The notes: generated by a model from the sequence alone, not told the origin. Counted from the stretch's first letter, positions 49,335 through 60,479 are shown. The stretch: DNA of 64,000 nt from Vicugna vicugna (GCA_013265495.1 MU058198.1:4975779-5039778); one strand, 5' to 3'. Program-made: numbers and translations.

Positions 49335-50489
49335 AATGCTGCCATATATGGAATACTTTTTAAGAACTCAACTGTGTTGTAGGCTTTTATTATACCCATT
49401 TTACAGGTAAGGAAACTGAGACTTTAATAATAATTGGCAGAGCACAACCTCAGGCTATCTAATTTTGTAGTCCACGTGCCTCTGCTCTAGTGCCAATGCC
49501 TGAGAGCTGAGGAAATGGCCCTTCCCTCTCTGCAAACAGTCAGAGAAAAGGAAGAGTCCTTCCGTTTGTCTGAGGATTAGACATTCAGGACAGCTTGCTC
49601 AGGGGCCAGGGCAGACAGGGGCCGGGTCAGACTTACCCCAGCTTCTCGCCAAGTTCTGACCAGAAACAAGGCCCTTATATATACTTGTTACATGACGGAA
49701 GGAATTTAAAATTTACAAATTCACCACATAAATTCTCCATAATCTGTCAGCCTCTTTTTTTTTTTTTTTTTGAGAACTCACCTTTAAATCTCTGAGCTGT
49801 GTTTATCTAAATACCTTTTTAGCAGTCATCAAAGCCATTAGCTGTTACTAGTTTGTTGGGCACTAGATTGTGTGAGACATCAGAGGGCCCTGCGTGGTCT
49901 CGGGCTGTTTGCTTCTGAAGCCATTTTTGACTCCCTGTCCACGATGTCTTGGATAGCATTACGGGGCATGGAGGTGCTAAGCTGCTTAGCCACTTTGCAA
50001 CACCACGTCGTGGGAAGGCCTCTGTTATGACATGGGAATTATGTTGAAATTGAAGCTCAGAAACTAAATGATGCCCGTTCCTCCAGAAGGGTCCTTTAAT
50101 CTGGTTCTAGAGGTAGACAACACGTCCTGATTGAGAAGCCAGCAAAGGAAGCTTGCTAGATCCTTAAAGCTCAGGGCGACAAGGAAACTTCCCTTTGGCG
50201 TCCTTGAGTGACTGAGGACCATGTTCCAAGAATGTAGCATGCAATTTGCTGTCTAAAGGCGAGAGAGAACAGAGGTTCTTTGTGAGAGATGGGGCATTGT
50301 AAACAATTTTAATTTTCTGTGGACATATTTTTATTTTCCAAATTTTCTCTAATGAATGTGCTATTTTATAATTTTTACAAAAAGTTATAATTAGAAAACC
50401 TTATTTTAAAAATGATGTACTTCTGGTCCTTCAAGAACTTGTAATAGATCTTTGATATAATCAGAATTACAGAATCACATGAAGTTGCC

Positions 50490-50930
50490 ATGATAGTAAA
50501 TTTGGCCTTAATGTATCCAAACCAAACTCTTAATTTATTTTTTTTCTCTTCCCAAACCTCTTCCAGTGCTGGCTTTCCCATCTTAGTAAACAGCCACTCC
50601 ATTCATCCTGTTGTTTGGGTCAAAAGCCCTGGACTCATCCTTGGCTTCTGCTGTCACCATTTCTATGCAGTTAATACACCTGCAGATCCTTGTCATCTCT
50701 ACTTTTGAAAACTATCCTGTTGATTTCTTCTTTTTGTTATAACCACACAGCTCTAAGCCAATGTCATTTCTAGCCTAGAATAGAGCAATAGCCTTCTAAT
50801 GGGTCATCTCGCCCCTCGTTTGATTTATTCCTTCCAGGGTGGAAAGACAGATCATTAAGTGTTAAGTACAAGCACGTCCCTTCAAATCTCTCTGTGGCTT
50901 CTGATCTCACTCAGAATAAAATTCGTAAGT
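50490..50930 (+). mobile_element. L2 fragment
   Basis: CTTAATGTATCCAAACCAAACTC...TTCCCATCTTAGTAAA...AATAGCCTTCTAATGGGTC. Confidence 0.75.
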
Positions 50931-50959
50931 AAAATAGTCTTCAAAAACATGATTTTTTA

Positions 50960-51470
50960 AAATGGCTGATATGGCCAAACAGTGTGTTACGCCAGTAAGT
51001 TTCTTTACCTATTGGTGGACTCTTCCGCCCATGCCCAGTCTCATTATTCCATGATGCATGTGAACCACAGTCCTTCTCTACATCTCATATAATTTATCTA
51101 AGATAGATTCTTAGAGGTGAGATTACTAAATAAACGGAACTGAATAAAGGGAACATCTCGAATTTGTCAGGAAAGGAGAGAAGCTGAATAATGCTGCCTG
51201 GTTTAATTTCTAGAAACTTTCCCCCAGTTTATATTTCCACCGAATGTGTATGAGAGTATCTGAAAAACTGTCCCCTCAAACAGCAGTGAATTTCACGAAT
51301 TTTTCCTGTATCCCAACTTCATAATTTTAAATATTGCGTCTGTCTGTCATCGCATTTGCTTTATTACAAGTAGCTCAGATACCTTCCTCTTCAAAACATG
51401 ATTGATCGTGTGTGAGTTGTCTGTTGGTGTGTTCTGCCCAGATTTCTCCAGGAGTGTCCATTTATCTCTC
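50960..51470 (-). mobile_element. Old L1 (L1ME-like) fragment
   Basis: GATAGATTCTTAGAGGTGAGATTACT...CCAGTTTATATTTCCACC...TGTATGAGAGT. Confidence 0.6.
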
Positions 51471-51713
51471 GACTGGCCTCATCTCTGAATCTCCAAAAGA
51501 GCTTTGGTGCTTCCTGCAAACCCAGATCTGGGAAAGAGAGGTGGGTGGGAGGCAGTGCGGGGTCGTGTTAAGGCACGCAGTGTTTGGAATCAGAGGACTG
51601 TTTCCAAGCGCTGTTCTGTGGTCCTGCCTGTGCAAAGCGGGTCAGACAGGGGGTTCTCTGCTGCTCTGTTCCCACCAGTAAAATGGGTCTAGGGAGAAGG
51701 CCTACCCATCTCC

Positions 51714-52000
51714 CAGGGCCAAAGGCAGCAAAGGACCAGAGACAGTAAATATTTTTGGCTTCTGTGGTCCACATGGTGTTTATTGCAGCAATTCAGCTCT
51801 GCCATTGTGGGGCTGAAATAGCCATAGATAACATGGAAATGAATGAACGTGGCTGTGATCCAATTGATTGTATTTATTGACATTGAAATCTGAATTTCAT
51901 ATAATTTTCACATGTCACAAAATCTCCCTCCTCCTTCTCTTTGTTTTAATCTACCTAATGTAAAAACCATCCTTTGCTTACAGGTGGGGTTTGGCCTCTG
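51714..52000 (-). mobile_element. MER58B-like element nested in a MIR
   Basis: AGTAAATATTTTTGGCTT...TGAACGTGGCTGTG...TGAATTTCATATAATTTTCACATGTCACAAAAT; MIR halves at about 51555-51713 and 52003-52110. Confidence 0.8.
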
Positions 52001-52987
52001 CCTTAGGGTCTTGGGCCAAATGAATGAGAAGATATTTGTAAATAACTTGGCCTGTTGTTTGGCACCAGTGACTGAATGCTCAGCGTATATCATTACTGTC
52101 TTTATCACACTAACACAATGTTGTAATATCAGAGTTGTCATTTTTAAAACGAGGGCTAATTCTCACCTTCCACCCTTGCTGGAGCATAACTGGGACCATC
52201 TAAATTGCGTGCACAGCCCTGGTACATTGAATACTTTTCTTTCTCTTACCCTGTGTCAATGCAAATAATTTGTCACTGCTCCCCACCTGCGTTCTGGGCT
52301 CCGGTGGACTGAAATCCTTTTAGGTCTCTGAACACGCGGTGCCCTCCTTCACCTTTAAATTCTCATCACATTCTGCATCTTCATCCTTTAAACATTGTTC
52401 AGCCAAGTTTCCTCTCAATACTGAGACAATGAATAATGCTAACAGAGCCCTAAGACCTAAAAGGTCTTTTACTCATTCATCATTATATTCTCCAACCCAA
52501 AGTCTCTTTGTTTTTAAATAGTTTCCCCCATAGAATCACATTCAAGTTGTCTGAACTGTCCCTTGAATGAGTTTGAGAACTCCGTCCCCAAACATTACCC
52601 TGTTAACACCATAGCAGGTTGCTGGCTTCTTTGGAATTCAGTTCTTCAGTCCCATGATACTTGGCCTATAAAAGGCAAGAGGCAAGGTATTGTTTCTTCT
52701 TTAATGAAAGCAGTAACTGCTGTTAGGACGGTTGACAGTCTAATTTAAAGTCCTCCATGGCGAGGGAGTGGAACTCCAAGCACCTCGGGGTGGGTGCCCT
52801 GCGAGGTCCAGTGATGTCAGACCCAGATTGCCGCCCCCAGGCTGGCGCCCTCTGGCAGACATCTTTCTTGGAGGTCAGCAGAGTGCAAAGACCAAGGCTT
52901 TTGGAGAGAGTCTGAGGGTTGTGTGATTGGCCTCACTACTTACTAGCTGTTTAACCTACAGGGAGTGCCTTCACACTTCTGAGCTCT

Positions 52988-53052
52988 TTCTTTGGTGGGG
53001 GTGAGGCGTGTAATTAGGTTTATTTGTTTATTTGAACCCAGGACCTTGTGCG
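52988..53052 (-). mobile_element. Truncated, internally deleted Vic-1-like SINE
   Basis: GTAATTAGGTTTATTTGTTTATT joined directly to TGAACCCAGGACCTTGTGC. Confidence 0.7.
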
Positions 53053-53390
53053 TGTGGTTTCTGGGGGAAGGAATGGTCAAGGCAAGGTAAGCAGGCTAAG
53101 CAGGTTTAGGTTTGGTTGGTTGAATAAGTTCCGCATCCTCTGGGGCCAGGGGTTGTCCCTAGTCATCTGGTACCTGGCCTTAGAGAGGCTGGATGGAGCA
53201 GGACTGTGGTCCAGCAGGTAAGAGCCCCAGAAAGGAGGCAGTTGGGAGGTCGGGGCTTCAGCTTGGTTGGTTTGCATATGACAAGCATGCTGTGGGGCAA
53301 GTTTGCTAAATCTAGGGATCAGGTCGACCTGGGAGGGGCAGTCCCTTCCAGGATCAGCAAGGCCCCAAGTTATCAAAGCATCAAAAAAAA
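53053..53390 (-). mobile_element. ERVL LTR fragment (MER74-like)
   Basis: GTCCCTAGTCATCTGGTACCTGGCC...GGTTGGTTTGCATATGA...GGGAGGGGCAGTCCCT...TCAGCAAGGCCCCA...TCAAAGCATC. Confidence 0.7.
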
Positions 53391-53634
53391 AAAAAAATGC
53401 TCAATGCACCTACCTCCACTTCACCCGAGCTCTAATCTCTTCTCCAGCTAGTTATTAATCATACGTCGCATACAATCCCTTTCCAACGTGTAGCTGATTT
53501 AACGTGGGGTTATCAGAATAATAAGCGTGTATATCCCACATTGGACTATAAGACAGGTGCGCAGAGGCTCAGTTGTATTTATCCCCATCATATTCCCGGC
53601 CTGGCACATAGTAGGCACTCAGTAAATACTTGGA

Positions 53635-53798
53635 GGGGAGGGTGTAGCTCAGTGGTAGAGTGCATTCTTAGCATGCATGAGGTCCTGGGTTCAATCCCCA
53701 GTACCTCCATTTAAATAAATGAATGAGTGAATGAATGAAAAAAAATAGATAAACTTAATTACCCCCCCAAAAAACAAACAAACAAAAAAACAAACAAA
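53635..53798 (+). mobile_element. tRNA-Ala(AGC)-derived SINE (Vic-1-like), full length, inserted at an L2 3' end
   Basis: GGGGAGGGTGTAGCTCAGTGGTAGAG...GGTTCAATCCCCAGTACCTCCA head with A and B boxes; TAAACTTAATTACCCCCCC tail; TSD AAATACTT at 53624-53631 and 53799-53806. Confidence 0.93.
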
Positions 53799-53914
53799 AA
53801 ATACTTAAGTGAATATATGATTACCAACACTATCATTCTTCTGTTTTTTCGTTTATTAAATGTTGCTTTTGTCTTTAATAATTTCTTCCTTCTGTTTCTA
53901 TTTGGCCTATTTAT

Positions 53915-54260
53915 ATCTATATTCATTGACACGGAAAGGTTTCTAATATACTGTTACAGGCAAAAAGCAGGTTACAGAAATGCATGTGTAGCATGATGTT
54001 ACTTATCTAAATAAATGTATGCTTATACACACATATGTACATCTATATGCACACACCCTTACGCACATACACGTCTATGTGTGTTTGGAATGCTGTTCAA
54101 CAAAATGGCAACAATGTGTATCCGTGGATGGCAAAAATCCAAATGATAGTAATTTTGCATATCCACATACCCTCATATATATATGTATAATTTCAGTTCT
54201 TTTAAATTTGAATTTTAAGCACTGAACTTGATTAGAATAGAAATGTTACTTTCACCTTGG
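53915..54260 (+). mobile_element. Old L1 (L1MC/ME-like) 3' UTR
   Basis: ATTGACACGGAAAG...AAAAAGCAGGTTACAGAA...TGTAGCATGAT. Confidence 0.55.
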
Positions 54261-54371
54261 GTAACAAATTAAAAACTCGCTTAGGAGTTTTAAAACCCTA
54301 GCAAAGAGTACGTGCTCAAAAATATTGGTTCTTTCTTCTCTTCAACCAGCCCTGAGAGCTCCCCAGTAGAG

Positions 54372-54596
54372 CAGGGGTTGGCAAACTTTTCTCTAAAGGG
54401 CCAAATGGGAAATATTTTTGGCTTTGCTGGCCATAGGGCGTCTGTGACAGGTCTTACTCACCTCTACCATTGCTATAGCAAGCAGGTGTAGAACACCCAT
54501 GGATGAATGAGTGTGGGTGTGTTCCAATAAAACTTTATTTACACAAACAGGAAGCGGCTGGATTTGGCTTGAGGGGCCAGAGCTTGCCCACCCCCG
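54372..54596 (-). mobile_element. MER58A hAT-Charlie element, full length
   Basis: CAGGGGTTGGCAAACTTTTCTCTAAAGGGCCA...GTGTTCCAATAAAACTTTATTTACA...TTGCCCACCCCCG. Confidence 0.9.
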
Positions 54597-54829
54597 CGAC
54601 GGAAAGTTGGGTGTGCGTGGCGCTCTGGTGGTGACTCTTCAGAGATCACAGGGCAGAGAAGCTGTGTTGCAGGACCAGTCCCCAGGCCCACCCAGGCAGG
54701 CGCCCAGCCAGCAGAGGGCTCTCACCTGTGGTCTGTCCCGGCTTGCTGTGTAGACAGTGCAGGGTCCACAGGTGACAGTGGAAGGTCATTCAAGAAAGAC
54801 TGCAAAGGAGGGGCAGAGCCTCCATGGGG

Positions 54830-55025
54830 AGGCTGTGTATGTGGCTTCTAAGGATGTGGGTTTTGGAGGTAGGCAGTGCAGTTTCAAATCTTGGTTCTCC
54901 ATGTAGGAACTGCCCGGTCTTGGAGCCTCAATCCCTTATGGACAAAATGGGGATATTGACAATATACCTGTCTCTTAGGTAGTGTTCAGTATGGCTGTGG
55001 CATGGAGTTAGTGCTCAAAATATGG
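54830..55025 (+). mobile_element. MIR SINE
   Basis: GTGGGTTTTGGAG...TTCAAATCTTGGTTCT...AAAATGGGGATA...AGTGCTCAA. Confidence 0.65.
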
Positions 55026-55644
55026 CCTCTGGTGCCCTCAAACCTTGTCAACAGCTGCGGTCACGTTCCACAGGGCATGTCAGAGATCGTCCACGAGCGC
55101 ACACCAGCACGCGTGTGTATATTCCCACACACACGTGCACACATGACTGGATTTCCATCCATGGGCCCGATGGACCCTATTTGTGTCTGCACACTCCACC
55201 TGGAGAACTTCCTCAGGAAAATAAAGAGCATCCCGCTTGGCCCAGACACAGCTGCGGCTGCAGGAGGATGTCAGGGGGAGATGAGCTGATGGCTCCATCG
55301 TCATTGCGTTCTCTGCTCCTCACCCACCCACCAGGCTCTGAACTTCATAATGCTCTTTGACAAATAGCCACCCCCGTGCCTCCCAAAAGCCCCAGGCAGG
55401 AGGTCAGACCCTGTCTGCTAAATGGCCTCGAGTTGGAGCAACATCTGGAAACCTGTGTAGGGTCATCCCGACTCTGTTGCCTTGGCCTCCGTCCCCTCAT
55501 CATGAACAGGTGCCCAGCTTTACTTCCTGGGGCCGGATGCTTCCCCAGCCATGGCTTTCTTACTAAAATAAAACTGATCATGGCACCTCTCTGTTTAAAA
55601 ACCCGTGTCTACAGAGGGTAGTCCTAGTCTTCAGTCTGCAACGA

Positions 55645-55890
55645 TCTCTTATTTATTCAGCAAATATTTGCTGAGCCCCAGCAAGGTGGCAGGTGCTGTT
55701 CTAGGCACTGTGGAGACAAAAACAGGTAGAAACCCTGCCCTCGGGGCGGTGCTTACATTCCAGTGGAGAGAGGTAAATGGTATCACATCAATAAGTAAAT
55801 AAGGTGTGTTGTGTGATGATGGTAAATGCTAGAAGAAAAATGGGTAGAGGGAAGGGAGAGAGAAGGGATAGGGGACGAGGCTGCTGTTCA
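55645..55890 (-). mobile_element. L2 3' end, flanked by plus-strand L2 pieces
   Basis: TTTATTCAGCAAATATTTGCTGAGC...GTTCTAGGCACTG...CCCTGCCCTC...GCTTACATTCCAGTGG. Confidence 0.75.
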
Positions 55891-56589
55891 GGTCCCTCAA
55901 CCATCAGAGCCCAGCTACCTTCTCCAGGCTCACTTTCCACACCCATCTACGCTGGCCCACTTAGCTCCAGCCTCACCGGCATCGTCACCCTTCCCCAAGC
56001 ATCCTCGGGTTTCAGAGGGAGGTCGAACTGCTCTCCCTGCTTTGTGTGACTGTAGGTTCAGCCTCAGCTGAAACACAAAGATGATAACAACACCTACATC
56101 CCTGAATCTTGTGCATGACAAATGGGATGGAGATGTAAGACCCTCAGGGCAAGGCTTGCCCTGTGGTTTGCACTCGGCTGACATGTTCTCGCAACGCACG
56201 GCCCTGTGCTTGGGAACCTCTTCTCTCCTTTTCTTCCTCCTCCAGCAGCATCCTCAAATTCCTCGGGTGGTCATTCCCTCTTATCAGCTTTCTGGTTCTC
56301 CTGGTACACAGTTATATAGTGATCTGCAGTTTGCAAAGACTTTCCTACACATCATGTAATTCACAGAAGAGCCCTGTGGTGGGTGGTGGGTGGTGCTTCT
56401 CCTGTTAACCAGTCCACCAGGCTTCCCTTGTGTTTTCAAGCAGAGTTGCCATGTGTGTCTGAATAAGTTAATTTCTACTTATTCACTTGCCTGGAACAGT
56501 AGGTACATTTGCCTGTGTGGATAGAGACAGAGGTAGGGGCCAAGGAAAAGGGAAGGGAAGTAGGAGGAACTTCTTGCCTTTCTCAAGAA

Positions 56590-56765
56590 ATGAGTCTTAT
56601 CACTTCACTTTTACACCCAGCATCCTAGACATTATTATTTTCTCCCACTTATATGAGGACACTGAGACTTAAACAGGTGGAAGGACTCTGCCAAGGTCAT
56701 ACAGAAAACTGCAGGACCAGCTCTGAGGGAGCCTGGCTTTATATCCCCATCTCTGTCCATGACAC
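56590..56765 (-). mobile_element. MIR SINE
   Basis: ATGAGGACACTGAGACTT...GCCAAGGTCATACAG. Confidence 0.65.
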
Positions 56766-56994
56766 CATAGATGCTGTAAGCATGAAAACGCAAGACTGAT
56801 AAACAGGTTATTCTGATTAATGTGATCAGGCCCCAAGTACCCTTAACTCTCTTACAAGTTCTTAGTGACTTGTGAAAGGAATCTGCTGCTGTCCTTAATG
56901 GGTCTATAAGATCACTGACATAATAGAATACATTCTTTGTAATAAAAAAATTATAAAAGGGTTAGACTGCGGGGCTAAAATGTTAAAGAATGTT

Positions 56995-57490
56995 TGCGCA
57001 TTAAGAGCCTTTTAGTTGTAAGTGACAGAAACCCAACTCAAAATAAACCCAACTTCAGGGGAAAAAAAAAATAGATGTATGGGAGCATTTAACTGATTCA
57101 GGTATGGCTAGATCAAGGAGTTCAAACAAGGCCATCTGGTATCTGTCTCCTTTTGTTTTACTGTAAATTCTCATCTAGAATCTCCTTGTAAAGGAACAAA
57201 TGGGCAGGCACATATGCAGGGCTTAAACCTTTCCAGCTTGGTCATCCCAGAATAAAAATTGTGTGTTCCCTAATATTTTAGTAAACATCCTGGCATACAT
57301 TCAGTGGCCCTGGTTGGGTGATGGCTCATTTCTGGAGCCTGGGGATGGAGTTATTTCAGATAAACCACCTGGACTGGTGATTTGGATGTGAAGATTCCCT
57401 CAAGAGAAAATTGGGGTTATTCTTGGAAGAAAAGGTAAAGAAACACAGGCAGAGAATAAAACAAAAGACAAACAGAAAAATTATACTGTA
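56995..57490 (-). mobile_element. MaLR solo LTR (MLT1K/L-like)
   Basis: TTTAGTTGTAAGTGACAGAAACCCAACTCAAA...TTCAGGTATGGCTAGATCAAGG. Confidence 0.75.
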
Positions 57491-57534
57491 CCTACACTAC
57501 ACATAGAATGTTTGGAGTTTAAAGCTGCCTGCAT

Positions 57535-57755
57535 CTTCCATCCCAAATGGCCCAACCAATCCCCTTCTGTTTAATTTTTCTCAATAGCAATTACCTCTCC
57601 TTACCATAGCATCCAATGTTCTTACTCAGTCTCTACTATCTGTCTTCTCCCACTGGAATGTAAGTTCCATGAGATCAAGGTTGTTTCTGTTTTGATGATA
57701 GGTGTGTACCCAGAATCATGATGGGAAGGTAGAATTCTGGATGAAGGAATAAACA
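57535..57755 (+). mobile_element. L2 3' end
   Basis: CCCACTGGAATGTAAGTTCCATGAG...TGAAGGAATAAA. Confidence 0.75.
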
Positions 57756-57939
57756 AGCTTAATATTCACCACGTCTCTCTGAAGTTGGTTTTATTACCAT
57801 CCCCACTTTCTAGATGACGAGACTGAAGGTCGGGGGCGCTATGTTTTCATTTTTGTTTCACTCAAAACAGGAGAGGCCAGAGGCAGGACCCCAGCCCAGG
57901 CTCTCTCGTTTGCGGTGCCCTGTTGTCTTAACAGCCACG

Positions 57940-58480
57940 CGGAGGAAAAGAAGTCAATTCAGTGGCAGTCCTGGTTGAGTCAGCACGGCTGTTCATGCCC
58001 ACAGTGTCCATAAAAATGTTAGTTTAGTCCTGACACTGATGCTTACGAATAAAATTTAGCCCTCATTCAAAAGCACATTAGCCGAAGCCATTTGGCGTCC
58101 TGTTACGGCGTTAATTTTTATGGAGAATAATACACTGGCAAGGAGCACCTCTTCCACTTTCAAACAGAACAAGCGCCTCGAAGCCTCTGATCATAAGACA
58201 TTCCGGTGCGTTGCTGCAGCTTTCCTTATGGGACCTGGGATGTAATTTTCAGATGGCGGTTTGTTTTGCCACCGCGTTACATCTCAGGCTTGGCAATTAC
58301 ATTTCATTAACAGGGAAACATAAGCCATAAATCATTGATCAGAAACAGGTTGTTAATCGGTCTGGTTAAAGCGTCTGCCGGCTGGCAGGGCGCGGACTGT
58401 GAATTGATGGATGCCTGGGCTCAGAACTTGCCCAGGTAGCCCATTAAAGCAATACCGCTAATAAGTTTCACTAATATTTA
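57940..58480. promoter_or_regulatory. Candidate cis-regulatory element (repeat-free, motif-dense)
   Basis: TGAGTCAGCA, CCATAAATCA, TGATGGAT, inverted TCCATAAAAAT pair and retained CpGs, between two MIRs. Confidence 0.45.
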
Positions 58481-59155
58481 TTGAGCTAGTTTCCTATGTG
58501 CCTGTAAGTACTTTATCCTCACAGCAAACCTAAAAGGACGATTCCCGCCTTGTAGAGGAGGAAATTGAATTCCAAAATGGTGCAATGGTTGGCTGCTGTT
58601 CACACATCTTGAAAGTGGGAGAGGTGGGATCTCCCTCAGGGTTTGGACCCTGAAGCTTATGCTCTTAAGGGCCATGTGCATCTCTCCTCCCCACCCCCCT
58701 GCTGGGGGGAAAAGAGGACAGTGTTTGAAGCTGCTGGCCAACTGAACCCCCCATCCTCTTGAGAGCGCCTTTTTGTGAAACACACCTACAGCAACCTTGA
58801 GGAGGTTGTAGTTGGAACTCAGAATCTGCAAGATTGAATTTTGACCTGTGCCTCCCAGCAGCTGAGTTTGACCACCGTGGCCGGGCGGCCGGCTAATTCA
58901 TCTGACTGCGCCTCCACGCCTGTCGTCCGGGAGCAGAGTGGTGGCAGCTGGGCCCGTTCACATCCTATTAACCTTGTCTGTTGGAAATGACACCTGGTGG
59001 TGCTGAAGCCTTGGGTCCTGTAATTAGGAATGTAAACAACTCTGGCTTCCTCCTGTCAGCACTGGCTCCATGCCAGCCTCCAGCACCACCCCCTCAACCC
59101 CATCCCAGGTTGTGCCCCTCCCCCAAGCTGAGACCAACGTGGGATTTCAAGATGC

Positions 59156-59476
59156 TTTTTTTTTTAATTGAAGTATAGTCAGTTACAATGTGTCAGTTTC
59201 TGGTGTACAGCATATTGTCCCAGTCATGCATACATATACATATATTCATTTTCATATTCTTTTTCATCAAAGGTTATTACAAGATATTGAATATAGTTCC
59301 TTGTGCTATAAAGAAAAAAATTTTTTTTATCTATTTTTATATGTAGTGGTTAACATTTGCAAATCTCAAACTCCCAGATTTATCCCTTCCCACCCCCTTT
59401 CCCCTGGTAACCATAAGACTGTTTACCACGTCTGCGAATCTGTTTCTGTTTTGTAGATGCGTTCATTAGTGTCCTC
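59156..59476 (-). mobile_element. Lineage-specific L1 3' end, same subfamily as 15667-15943
   Basis: TTTTAATTGAAGTATAGTCAGTTACAATGTGTCAGTTTCTGGTGTACAGCA...CAAATCTCAAACTCCCA. Confidence 0.92.
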
Positions 59477-59664
59477 TGTTTAGTCTTGGCCCTAACACTG
59501 ACTTGTTGATTGCTTGCCCTGAGCCATGCCCTCATTTAAACTCGTAGTGACTTTACCTGGGTTGTTTATTCCCATTTTATGGCTAACTAAGAACACAGAC
59601 TTTTGGAGAGACTGAACACGTCGTCTAAGGTGACACAGCTATGTAGTCTCTAGGTTGGTTTTAC

Positions 59665-60363
59665 TTTTTTAATCATCGGAAGTCTGTAATACAGATCATT
59701 CTTGGTGTTGTACATTCTACGGGTTTGGGCAAATTTATAATGACATCTATCAACCATTGTAGTATGACACAGAGTAGATTCACGGCCCTAAAAATCCCCT
59801 GTGCTCTGCCTAGTCCTTTCCTCCTCCTCCCCCACCCTCAGCCCCTGGCAACCACTGATCTTTTCACTGTCTTCATAATTTTGTCTTCTCCAGAATGGCG
59901 TATAGTTGGAAGCATACAGCATGCAGCCTTTTGAGATTGGCTTCTCTCACTTGGTAATATGCATTGAAGTTTCCTCCATGTCTTTTCATGGCTCGATAGC
60001 TCATGACTTTTTAGTGCTGAATAATATTTCGTTGTCTGGATGGACCATAGCTTATTTATCCATTCACCTACTGAAGGACATCTTGGTAGCTTCCAACTTC
60101 TGGCAATTATGACCAAAGCTGCTACGAACAGTTGAGTGCAGGTTTTTGTGTAGACATAAGTGTTCAACTCATTTGGGAAAATACCAAGGAGTGTGACTGC
60201 TGGATTGTGTAAGAGTGGGTTTAGTTTTGTAGGTTGTCAAAACTGTCTTCCAGAGTGGCTGCACTATTTTTCATTCCGACTAGCAATGAACTAGAGAGTT
60301 TCTGTTGCTCCCCATCCTGGTCAGCATTTGGTGTTGTCAGTGTTCTGGATTTGGGCCATTCTG
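59665..60363 (-). mobile_element. L1MC-like 3' end inserted in a MIR
   Basis: ORF 59838-60167 (CTQLFVAALVIIARSWKLPRCPSVGEWINKLW) is a degenerate L1 ORF2 C-terminus; 3' UTR CTTGGTGTTGTACATTCTA...GCCCTAAAAATCCCCTGTGCTC. Confidence 0.88.
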
Positions 60364-60479
60364 AACCACTTTTGAGCCCAGATGTTTTGGCTCTAGATCC
60401 AGTGAGCCTTCTCGTGGGACAATAATGCAATCTAATGAGACCAGTGTGAAGGTGAAATTACATCACACAAGTGTTATGA

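Noticed and set aside
53638..53710. tRNA-Ala gene
   Set aside because: Has a SINE tail and TSD, stem mismatches, and three related copies in the window
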